Source: Eledone cirrhosa (Eukaryota). From it: 64,000 nucleotides of DNA. The position numbers and the translations under genes are program-made. Below are positions 10,356 to 22,272 of the stretch, piece after piece. The notes under the pieces were generated by a model, which made no database searches, was not told where the DNA came from, and saw nothing but the letters and a program-made list of their open reading frames with translations. The stretch spans positions 26,784,001 to 26,848,000 of the forward strand of contig OZ024763.1 in the NCBI GenBank assembly GCA_964016885.1, given 5' to 3'. How positions within the stretch are numbered: position 1 is the first letter of the stretch; each line of letters starts with the position of its first letter.

Positions 10356-12452
10356 CCCATCAACTCTACACAATACCAGGCATTGACGTATAACCACACC
10401 TATACACCACTCTTCATACGTTCCTTCAATAAATATATATGTACGCCATAGAGGTCAGGTTATTTTACTTCCCGCCTTCCGGTACATCGAAATTATTTGG
10501 CGCCTCTCTCAGCTTTATCAATCGCTATGTTATACCAGTTATATGATATTCTGGGTCAAGTGGGTGAGACCATATCTTGGCTTATCTGCTTAAGTAGCTT
10601 TCTAGGTCATCGTCTCTCTGTTGTGGTACCGGAGGTGGTGGTTGCAGTGGTGGTAGTAGTGGTGGTGGTCGTGGTGGTTGTGATGACTGGTTGTAGTGGT
10701 TGTGATGACTGGTTGTAGTGGTTGCGGTGGTGGTAGTAGTGGTGGTGGTCGTCGTGGTTGTGATGACTGTGGTTGTGGTGACTCTAGTTGTGGCGGCGGT
10801 GGTGGTGGTGACTGTGGTTGTGGTAATGGTGGCGGTGATAGTTGTGGCGGTGATAGTTGTGGCGGTGGTGATGACTGTGGTGGTTGTGGTGGTTGAGATT
10901 GTGGTGGTGGTGACTGTAGCTGTGGCGGTGGTGGTGGTTGTGGTTGCAGTGGTGGTGGTGGTGACTGTGGTGGTGGTTGTGGTGGCGGTGGCGGTGGTGG
11001 TGGCTGTGGTAGTGGTGGTAGTTATGGTGGTGATAGTTGTAGCGGTGGTAGTGATGCATTTGATGGTTGTGAATGTGGTTTTGGTGGAGGCTTTGCTGGT
11101 GGTAGTGGTTGTTGTGATGGTGGTAGTTATGATGATGGTTTTGGTGATGGTTGTGTTTGTGGTAGTGCTAGAGGTGATGGTTGTACTGGTAGCTTTGGTG
11201 GTGGTGGTGGTGGTGGTGGTAGTGCTGATAGTTGTGGTGGCGGTTGTGGTGGTAGTGGTGATGGTTGTGAATGTGGTAGTGGTTGTGGTGATGGTTGTTG
11301 TTGTGGTTGTGGTGATGGTCGTTGTGATGGTAATGGTGGTAGTGGTTGTGGTGGGGATTTGTTGTAGTTGTTGATGGTAGTGGTGGTTGTTGTAGTGTTG
11401 GTGGCAGTTATGTTGTCATATCATCTGACACCACACTACACCGCCACTACCATGCTTCCTCACATCACCACCACCACACTAACACTTCCATGACTTCCCC
11501 CACCACTATGCCACCACCATCACCACACTATTCTGACACCCTCCACCACATACCCTGACCCCTCCCCCCACACCACACACCCCGCACCACCACCACTCTA
11601 CCCGGACACCCCACTCTCACCACCACACCACCCTGGTATGTAACTTCACCAGATTGTTTTACCGGAGTTGATCTTCAATGTGATTCATTTCTTTTGACCT
11701 ACTCTGAACAAACTGGTGGAGGGGGTGGGGTTGTTGTTGGTGGTGTTGGTGTAGTGATGGAGGTGGTGGTGGTGGTGGTAGTAGTACAGGTGGTGGGGGT
11801 GTAGTGGTAGTGATGGTGGTGGTGGTAGTAGTACAGGTGGTGGGGGTGTAGTGATAGTGGTAGTGGGGGGGGGGGGTAGTAGTACAGGTGGTGGTGGTGG
11901 TGGTAGTAGAGGTGGTGATGGTGGGGGTGGGGTGTAGTGATGGTGGTAGTGGTGGTGGTGGTAGTAGTAGAGGTGGTGGTGGTAGTGGTGGTAGTAGTAG
12001 AGGTGGTGGTGGTGGTGGTGGTGGTGGTAGTAGAGGTGGTGGTAGTTGTAGAGGTGGTGCTGGTGGTGGTTGTAGTAGAGGTGGTAGTAGTAGTGATGGT
12101 GGTGTTGGGGCTTATATTTATGAGGAGGAGGGGGTTTGTCTGTGTGGTCGTATGTATGTATGTATGTGAGTGTGTTGATGATTGTATGTATGGGAATGTG
12201 GCTGTATGTATATGTGTGGTTTTATGTGTGTGCATTGATGGTTGTGTGGTTGTATGTATGTGTATATGTTTGTGGTTGCATGTATATATGTGTGTGTGTG
12301 TTGATAGTTGTATGAATGTGTGCGTTTGTCAATGTGTGTGTTGTTGTATGTGTGCCTTCTTTTGACCTACTCTTAACAATGTGTTGGTGGTTGTATGTAT
12401 GTGTCTGTGTGTGGTTGTATATGTGTGCGTATTGTTGTATGTTTGTATACAC

Positions 12453-13370
12453 CAGGCATGCGGCCCCTTACAAGCACATCTGCGGCCCCTTACAAGCACA
12501 CCTGCGGCCCCTTACAAGTACACCTGCGGCCCGCACAAAGGTTTTTACTGCGCGAGCATGTTTTATCTTCGTAATATAAAATTAAAAACATTAGTTGTAA
12601 TGTGCGCAATTAGTTGTCATGTGGGACCCTCAGACAACACATATGTGACACATGTGACCCTCAGACAACACATGTGTGACCCATGTGGCCCTCAGACAAC
12701 ACATGTGTGATCTATGTGGCCCTCAGACAACACATATGTGACCTATGTGGCCCTCAGACAACACATGTGTGACACATGTGGCCCTCAGACAACATATATA
12801 TGACCCATGTGGCCCTCAGACAACACATATATGACCCATGTGGCCCTCAGACAGCACATGTGTGACCTATGTGGCCCTCAGACAACACATGTGTGACCTA
12901 TGTGGCTCTCAGACAACACATGTATGACCCATGTGGCTCTCAGACAACACATGTGTGACCTATGTGGCCCTCAGACAACACATGTGTGACATATGTGGCC
13001 CTCAGACAACACATATATGACCCATGTGGCCCTCAGACAACACATATATGACCCATGTGGCCCTCAGACAACACATGTGTGACCTATGTGGCCCTCAGAC
13101 AACACATGTGTGACATATGTGGCCCTCAGACAACACATGTGTGACCCATGTGGCCCTCAGACAACACATATATGACCCATGTGGCCCTCAGACAGCACAT
13201 GTGTGACCTATGTGGCCCTCAGACAACACATGTGTGACCCATGTGGCCCTCAGACAACACATGTGTGACCCATGTGGCCCTCAGACAACACATGTGTGAC
13301 CCATGTGGCCCTCAGACAACACATGTGTGACCTATGTGACTCTCGGGGGACCCTCAATTTGACATGCCTG
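12453..13370. mobile_element. Non-autonomous hAT-like DNA transposon with an internal 31-bp tandem array
   Basis: Termini CAGGCATG...CATGCCTG. 8-bp flanks GTATACAC/GTATACAG match 7 of 8 (TSD). The unit tgtggccctcagacaacacatgtgtgaccca is repeated ~23 times (12620-13345). Confidence 0.75.
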
Positions 13371-13409
13371 GTATACAGGGTTGAATTTAGACCTTGGGAG
13401 GGGCCCAGA

Positions 13410-14083
13410 CAGGGGCCTCGTTTGACTTAAAAATGTGAGGGGGACAAACCCACATTTGTTGATCTTTAAAGGAGCATAAATTGCTTAAGGTCCCTCTCCC
13501 GGACCCTATCACATAAGTAAAGTTTTACGCTAATGAAATTTTATATATTCAAATGAAGTTCAGATATAAAAGAATAAGCTTAAAAAGAATTAATTGGATT
13601 GGCAGTATCGGTAGAGGGTCAGACGCCATGCTTGATGCATAGAGTTACGGCCCTTTACGTTCAGAGTTCAAATCCTTCCAAGGTTAACTTTACCGTTCAT
13701 CCTTACGGGGTCGATAAAATAAAATACCAGTCACGCACTGGAGTCAAATTTAATCGACTTTTCCTTCCCCCAAAATTGCTGGCCCTGTGCCTATATAAGA
13801 ACGGTAGAGGGTCGGACGCCATGCTTTGCAGCATAGAGTTATACCCCTTTATGATCTGTGTTCAAATCCCGCCGAGGTTAACTTTACCTTTCATCCTTAC
13901 GGGGGTGGGGGGTCGATAAAATAAAGTACCAGTAATACACTGGGATAATTGCTGGCCTTGTGCCAAAAGTAGAAACAAATATATCAAATAAACCAAAAAA
14001 TAAATATAGACATTTGAAAAAGTGGTGGTGGTGGCGGGGTTTGACTTGTGTCCTCCTGGTGCCCCCTTGAAACAAGGCCCTTG
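13410..14083 (-). mobile_element. TIR element (MITE-like), same family as 32807-33701, containing two SINE insertions
   Basis: Ends CAGGGGCCTCGTTT...AAACAAGGCCCTTG. Subterminal sequences match the 32807-33701 ends in reverse orientation. Confidence 0.6.
13596..13980 (+). mobile_element. Two tandem Meta-type tRNA SINE copies
   Basis: ggattggcagtatcggtagagggtc...gagttcaaatc...gtcgataaaataaa..accag, present twice. Confidence 0.85.
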
Positions 14084-14221
14084 CATGTGGCCCTTGGGGG
14101 ACCTTCAGTTTGACATGCCTGGTATACAGACCTTGGTGTGGTGGGGCCCAGTGTACTTCAGATTAGGGGGAGGGGGCGCCCTTTATACTAAAAAAAAATA
14201 GAATACACATCAGACCCTCCA

Positions 14222-14398
14222 GGGCGGTGAATTGGCAGGATCGGTAGAGGGTCGGACATACTTTCCAGCATAGTTACTTCCCTTTACGGTCTGAGTTCAA
14301 ATCCCGCCGAGGTTAACTTTGCCTTACGGGGTCGATAAAATAAAGTACCAGTAATGTACTGGGTATTTGCTGGCCTTGTGCCTAAAGTAGAAACAATT
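14222..14398 (+). mobile_element. Meta-type tRNA SINE
   Basis: Same head, B box, core and tail as the other copies. Confidence 0.85.
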
Positions 14399-14604
14399 AA
14401 ATTAAAATATTCTAACCATCCTAAAAGTAAAAAGCTCAGCTGAGGGCACAAATAAATTGCTACTGTGGTCGTGGTGGGGTTCCCCGCTGCAAGTGTGTGT
14501 GGCGGGTATTTACCCTCTAATTCACTCCCAATAAATTCGGCCCTGTTTGTATGTGTGTGTGTCTGAGTGTGTTGTTGTATGTATGTGTGTCTGTGGTTGT
14601 ATAT

Positions 14605-14648
<44 letters not shown>

Positions 14649-15858
14649 ATACATCTGTGTGTCTGTGGTTGTATGTATGTGTGTGTTGTGATTCTGTGTG
14701 TGTGAGTATGTATCTGTGGTTTTGTGTGTATGTGTGTGTGTGTCTGTGTGTTGGTGGTTCTATGTGTGTGTGCTTGTGTTTCGTTGTATACGTGTGTGTG
14801 TGTCAGTGTAGTTGTGTGTGTAAACATATCGTGAAATACCGGATCACCATCAACACCACCACCGCCACCACCATCATCACCACCATCAACACCACCACCG
14901 CCACCATCACCACCATCACCACCACCACCGCCGCCGCCACCACCATCACCACCGCTACCATCATCACCACCGCCACCACCACCACCATCATCAATAATAC
15001 TATCACCACAAGCACCAACACCATTACAAACTACCACCATCACTATCCTCACCACCACTAATACCCCCCCCCCATCACCACACTACACCACAATCACCAC
15101 CACTATTAATACACCGCTGTCTCCCCTCCGCCACCATCACCATCACTTCTATTAATACACCACCAATTAACAACCACAGTACACCACCACTATTAATACA
15201 CCGCTGTCTCCACTCCACCACCACCACCACAACCACACCACCATCACCCTACACCCAAACCACCACTGTCCCCACTCCACCACCACCACCACCACCATCA
15301 CCCTACACCAAAACCCTACTATTAATACACCGCTGTCCCCACTCCACCACCACCACCACAACCACAACCACACTGCACCACCACCACCATCACCCTACAC
15401 CAAAACCCTACTATTAATACACCGCTGTCCCACTCCACCACCACCACCACCCCCATCACAACCACACTGCACCACCACCACCATCACCCTACACCAAAAC
15501 CACCACTATTAATACACCGCTGTCCCACTCCACCACCACCACCACCCCCATCACAACCACACTACACCACCACCACCATCACCACCACTATTATTACACC
15601 GCCGTCCCCCCTACTATTAAAGCCCCTCCTCTCCCCCCTCCCCCCACTAAACAACAACAACGACAACAAGATGACTAATATAATAAAAGGGCCGCACGAA
15701 TTTACCCCTCACCAAATCGTGACCCGGACCTGACCTTTCAGCCTAGAAAGGTCAACAACTACTTTCACACTGTGGACCTGATCATGGATACTTGGCCTGA
15801 AGTTTCACCTCTCTACCGAACGGGAGCGGGAAACGCCCGATAGAGGAGGTCACGTGCT

Positions 15859-15911
<53 letters not shown>

Positions 15912-15920
15912 ATTTGTGTG

Positions 15921-15951
<31 letters not shown>

Positions 15952-16114
15952 ATATGAGTGTGTGTGTGTCTGTAAGTGAGTGTGAGTACACATATATATA
16001 TATATATATATATATATGTGAGTGTGTTGTGTGTATGAGTGTGTGTGTGTCTGTGAGTGTGAGTACACACATATATATATATATATGTGTGTGTGTGTGT
16101 CTGTGAGTGTGAGT

Positions 16115-16177
<63 letters not shown>

Positions 16178-16227
16178 AGTGTGTTGTGTGTATGAGTGTG
16201 TGTGTGTCTGTGAGTGTGAGTACACAC

Positions 16228-16259
<32 letters not shown>

Positions 16260-16467
16260 ATATGAGTGTGTGTGTGTCTGTGAGTGTGAGTACACATATA
16301 TATATATATATATATATGTGGGTGTGTTGTGTGTATGAGTGTGTGTGTGTCTGTGAGTGTGAGTACACACATACATATATATATATGTGAGTGTGTTGTG
16401 TGTATGAGTATATATGACTATATAAATGTCTGAGTGTGTGTTTGGAACGCGTGTGTGTGTGTATATG

Positions 16468-16506
<39 letters not shown>

Positions 16507-17037
16507 CTGTAAGTGAGTGTTTGTGTATGAGTGTATATGACTATATATATATATATGTGCGTATGTTTGTGTGTGTGTTTGTCTAAGTTTGTGTCTGTGC
16601 GAGTGCGTGTTTGTAACGTGTATGTGTATATATATATGTATATGTGTGTGTCTGTGTGAGTGTGTTTGTGTATGAGTGTATATATATGTGTGTGTGTAAC
16701 GTATATATATACATATATATGTGTGTGTAACGTTTATATATATATATATATATGTGTGTGTGTAACGTATATATATATATATATGTATATATGTGTGTCT
16801 GTGTGAGTGTGTTTGTGTATGAGTGTATATATATGTGTGTGTGTAACGTATATATATACATATATATGTGTGTGTAACGTTTATATATATATATGTGTGT
16901 GTGTAACGTATATATATATATATATATATGTATATGTGTGTGTCTGTGTGAGCGTATATATATATGTGTGTGTGTGTAACGTATATATATATATATATAT
17001 GTATATGTGTGTGTGAGTGTGTGTGTCTGTGTGAGCG

Positions 17038-17076
<39 letters not shown>

Positions 17077-17412
17077 AACGTATATATATATATACATATA
17101 TATATAAATGTGTGTGTGTATGTGTACGTGTGCATTTCTGTACATTTGGACTTGCCAGTTTCAAGGTCAATCACAAATGCACAAACGCCGTACAGACACG
17201 GCGTACAGTGGAGGAAAATTCTTGTCAAATGTATGAATATTCTCGTCATATATGTATGTTTGTATCTATGTATATATGAATGTTTGTATGTATGTATGTT
17301 TTGCATGTATGTATGTTTGTATGTATGTATGTATGTTTGCATGTATGTATGTATATATGTATGTGTGTATGTATGCATGTATGCAATATTCTTGTATATA
17401 TGTATGTATGTA

Positions 17413-17812
17413 AGAGATGACCCCTTAGCCTTTGTCAAGGCAGAATTCTAGGAGAAGGAAAACTCTGATATAACACCTGCAACCCTGATGGTATCCAATG
17501 ATGTTGACTTGTTCTTCTTTTTGGTAAATATCATCTTGGTTAAGAGAGTGGGACTGGCTTTGTGCAGTGCCTTTGCTTACTATAAAAGCTTCACAGCACA
17601 GGCATTGCTTTATATCTGGAGATCTCTCTGCACTTGTCGTCACATGGTACCATGGGCCCAGCACTATGTGTCAATAATTGTCACAAGTGTAGTGTTTGTA
17701 CCAGAGTTTTCAAGTCACTGGCTGGACTAAAAAGTCACATTCGTTCAGCGCATCGGTAGGGGTTCTCCTACATGGATATAAAGTAGTGGCCGTACTCGAA
17801 AACGAGTTGGCA
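17413..17812 (+). mobile_element. 5'-truncated copy of an internally deleted RTE derivative
   Basis: Near-identical to 35162-35560. Ends in a C2H2-finger-coding remnant and a ctcgaaaacgag hairpin. Confidence 0.8.
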
Positions 17813-17996
17813 TATATATATATATATGCGTAGTGCACGAGTGAAGAATAACATGGTCGGCTGTACAAAATGAGTTTTATTGACAGTATTAACAATTGTT
17901 TCATTGATCAGGTGAGTCTAAAGGCCGCTAATCACTCGAAATTGCGTCACTCGACCTTAAATACAGTGTGTGTCTCTGATCAAATCATCACTTAAC

Positions 17997-18069
<73 letters not shown>

Positions 18070-18113
18070 CTTCAAAATATTAATAAATATAGACATTCAT
18101 GTGATCAAATATA

Positions 18114-18173
18114 TTTATCTGACGAGGACGTACTGATGAAATAGCTCAGTACCTCTGAAATATGTATAATAAA
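18114..18173 (+). ncRNA. Type I hammerhead (9.3/9.7 kb family) in an element spanning 18065-18320 with a short 5' inverted repeat
   Basis: TTTAT-CTGACGA-ggac-GTACTGA...TCAGTAC-ctct-GAAA-TATGTA-TA^ATAAA. 18065-18108 is the reverse complement of 18180-18225. Confidence 0.7.
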
Positions 18174-18316
18174 ATATAATTGATCACATGAATGTCTATA
18201 TTTATTAATATTTTGAAGTAATATTAATAACTCCAGAAAACCTCTTTGTTGAGTGCTTCTAATCTATTCTAAAACTTTATTCATTGATTAATCAATGAAC
18301 CTTGTTAAACTTTTGG

Positions 18317-18387
<71 letters not shown>

Positions 18388-18482
18388 GTTAGGTATTTCC
18401 GTGGAAAAGGTAATGCAAAGAAGAGTACTCTATGTATAGTACAAAGCTATTTAATTATGTATTAAACAACACAATATAATTA

Positions 18483-18553
18483 TTCTATTACTCAAGGTTT
18501 CACGAAGTCAGACGATTCTAACTGTGTCGTCGGAAGTCGTTTATCAGATAGAA
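18483..18553 (-). ncRNA. Hammerhead-like motif with a core substitution (CTGATAA)
   Basis: Reverse complement: TTCTAT-CTGATAA-ACG...CGT-GAAAC-cttga-GTA^ATAGAA. Confidence 0.55.
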
Positions 18554-18556
18554 ATC

Positions 18557-18594
<38 letters not shown>

Positions 18595-18635
18595 GATATT
18601 AACAAATGGAAACTATATTTATAAAACCATATTTA

Positions 18636-18696
18636 TTTCATTATACATATTTCAAGGATACCAAGTTAAATTATGGTATGCCTTCATCAGACAAAA
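18636..18696 (-). ncRNA. Type I hammerhead (family shared with 34313-34373) in a fold-back element spanning 18590-18860
   Basis: Reverse complement: TTTTGT-CTGATGA-AGG.ATACCA...TGGTAT.CTT-GAAA-TATGTA-TA^ATGAAA. 18590-18661 is the reverse complement of 18789-18860. Confidence 0.72.
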
Positions 18697-18943
18697 TACA
18701 ATATATACCAGTTTTATAAATAAACATTGACGTACCCTTTCAAAATGCGACCGTTACTTTTGGAAGACATCAGGATAGTGCTTTGTTTGTATCCTTGAAA
18801 TATGTATAATGAAATAAATATGGTTTTATAAATATAGTTTCCATTTGTTAATATCGTATATCTACTCCAAATACTTGTCGAGTGCTTTATATCAGTTATA
18901 AAAATATTTACTTGTTGTATCCCAACAATTTAAATAGAACTTT

Positions 18944-19000
<57 letters not shown>

Positions 19001-19445
19001 CATTTATTTTTTATCATTTATTTTTTATCATTTATTTTGTTTTGACCTGTTTAGCTTGATTAGGTTTTGGGGTTGGGTGGTTAATGCCTTCTTGACCACC
19101 TTTTCAGTTTTGTATGGCTTCTTAACACGTTGTTTAGCCCTGGTTTTTAACTATTGAGCACTTTGCCAGTATCATTTCTGATTTTTGCGTTTCGCTTCGC
19201 TTTTCCTGCCCGCCGAAATGCGATTCTCGCCGAATCTTTATTTGTATTTTTATTTATATATATATATATATATTATAGATATTAATTTAACAATGAAAAT
19301 AATTACAACAAAGTCTACTTATTTTACCTATTCATATAATCGTTTCGGAAAGTTGATCATATTGACATATTGACTGATCTATAGCAGTTATATAACTGTA
19401 TACTATCAGACTTCATATATAGGTTCAACCAGACCGGCTTCTTAT

Positions 19446-19574
19446 GTATCTATCTATCTAGTGCGGGTAAAATTCCCAAGATCCATGGACGAGTTCTCTC
19501 CAGCGGTCTCTGTCCCCCATCATCGCTGCCATGTCCTGCGTCTCCAAGAGATCAGTGTCTGTCCTTAGGGCATC

Positions 19575-19577
<3 letters not shown>
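19446..19577 (-). mobile_element. 3' end fragment of an RTE-type LINE with a (TAGA)n tail
   Basis: Reverse complement matches 50270-50396. Confidence 0.75.
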
Positions 19578-19639
<62 letters not shown>

Positions 19640-20041
19640 GAAAAGGGAAGTAAGGTTCTATACGAAACAGTCGTTATAGAGAGATGGTGAGATTGGAAAT
19701 AGTACGGAAAATATATTTTCCAGTCTCCTTCTCAACAAGGAAGATGAAAAAAAACTTACTTCAACACTTAATGTTAAATCTCAAATTTTTAGTTTTTAAT
19801 CCTTATTAATTGTAATACTCAACATTTGATAAGATGAAGTTTACTAATACATCGAAACCGGTTATACTTTATATACTTTATATACATTATATACTTTATA
19901 TATTTTATATACATTATAAAACTCTTTTTTAAAAGAATTATCTCTCTCACTTTTTCAATAATGTCACTTTGACGAATTAAAGAAGGGAAAAAAAAGAAAA
20001 ACAGACCCTTAAATATATTTTCCGTGCAATTTCCAACTTCA

Positions 20042-20072
<31 letters not shown>

Positions 20073-21299
20073 TATATATATATATGAACCTGTAACGTTT
20101 GATAGTCATTTCGGCGTTTCTAGGGCAGTTTTTAAACCTGGCGAGACCCATCTCCTCTCCATGTCTGAACATTCCACATTTCTTCCTTCCTTCCTTCTTT
20201 CTTTCCTTCTTTCTTTCCTTCTTTCCTTTTCACATTCTTTCCATTTCCCCCATATCTATTTCCGCTTCCGTTGGACATTGAATGTGGTCAGAATGGAACC
20301 CTTGTTTCAGTAGTTTTGGAGATGTTGGTGGTTGGGGTAGTGGTGTTGGAGGTGTGTGTGTGGTAGTAACGGTGGTGGTGGTGGTGGTTGTTGTGGTAGA
20401 TATGGTTTTGGTGGTAATAATAGTTGTGAATGTGGTAGTGACTGGTGGTGGTGGTGATGGTGGTGGAGATTGTGCTAGAGATTATGGTGGGGGTGGTAGG
20501 GGTGATGGTGGATGTTGTGGAGGTGGTGATGGTGATAGTGGTGGAGCTGGTGGTAGAGGTGGTGGTGGAGGTGGTGATGAAGGAGCTGGGGGCTGTCACA
20601 GTCCCGTCAGGGTTGAGAGACAAACAACACAAAAGTGACTTTATTCAAGATTATCAAACATTAAAAAAAAACAAAATAAAAATAACATCAAGAACTTTTC
20701 TTTATAACTCAGCCCCCCCCCCAAAAAAAGAAACAACAACACCACCATCACCAACACCACCAACAACAACACCACCACCAACAGCAAGAACAACAATAAC
20801 AACACCACCATCACCAACATCAACAACATCACCATCAACAGCATCACCACCACCACCACCAACATCACCAACACCACCTCCACCACCACCATCACCACCA
20901 ATAACAACAACAATAACACCACCACCAGCACTATCAACAGCAACAACACCAACACCACTACCACCACTATCAAAAACAGCAACACCACCAACACCACCAA
21001 CAACACCATTACCACCACCATCAACAACAACAAAATATTCCAAATAAATATATATAAATAAATAATAAATATATAAAGCAGCCCCCCCCCCCAAAAAAAA
21101 AACCATTCAACAAGAAACTATTTATTGATGGTTCCCATTTTATTTTTATTTAAATGTTTTATTTTAATATTTTTTTCTGTGTATTTCCAAGAGAGTTTTT
21201 TGTGAAAATATTCCTTCATTAAAATAGAAACCAAGATAATAACAACAACTATTGTAACAAAATGGTTTCTGTTTAAATAAACAGGTCAGATTTGGTGAG

Positions 21300-21335
<36 letters not shown>

Positions 21336-22162
21336 ACATATCTGCCTCTCTCTCTCTCTCTCTCTCTCTACCACACACATGTACCTCTCTCTCTCACACA
21401 CGCACACTCTCTCTCTCTCTACTACACATACCACTTCTCTCTCTTTCTGTCTCTCTCTCTCTACTACACATATCTCTCTCGCTCTCTCTCTATCACACAT
21501 ATCTACCTCTCTCTCCCTCTCTCACACACACACACACACTGTCTCTCTCTCTCTCTCTACCACACATATTTACCTCTCTCTCTCTTACACACACACTCTC
21601 TCTCATACACACTCTCTCTCTCTTTCTCTCTCGCTTGCTCCTTCGTTTTTGCTTTCTCTCTTTCTCTCACTTTTTTGATTTCTCTCTCTTTCTCCCTAGT
21701 TTTTGCTTTCTTCCCCCCTCTCCCTCTCTTGCTTTTTCTCTCTCTCTTTCTTGTTCGTCCTCTTTTTCTCTCTTTCTTTCTCTCTCTCTATTTTTAGCTC
21801 GCTCTCTTTTTCTTTCTCTCTTTTCCTTCTTTTTACTTTTCTTTATTCCTTCCCCTATCACTTTCTCTCTCTTTTTCTCTATTTCTTCCCTCTCTCTCTT
21901 CCCATCTGTCTACATTTCTCACCCTTTTTCTTGTCCTCTCTCTCTCTCTCGATTTCCAGTTTCTTTCTCTCCCACTTTCCCCCTATCTCTATCTTCCCTC
22001 ACTTTACTTCTCCATTCAACTTCTTTCTCACTTTTTCTAACTCCCTCTAGTTATATCTCCTTCTCAACAGCTTTCCCTTCTCCTCTCCCCCACCCAATTT
22101 CTTTCAGCCCCCCCCCTCTCACACACTCTTTTCATCTCTCCCTTTCTCTCACACACACACAT

Positions 22163-22205
22163 TCAGGGGGGCTCAGCTAAACTATGGCCGCGGTTGTTTT
22201 TGTTG

Positions 22206-22272
<67 letters not shown>

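Noticed and set aside
12620-13345. 31-bp array resembling a CRISPR array
   Set aside because: The units are contiguous with no unique spacers, there are no cas genes, and the context is eukaryotic.
19826-19864. Additional hammerhead-like remnants (also about 28105-28155, 32498 and 52996)
   Set aside because: They have multiple core changes or missing stems and are too degenerate to call.
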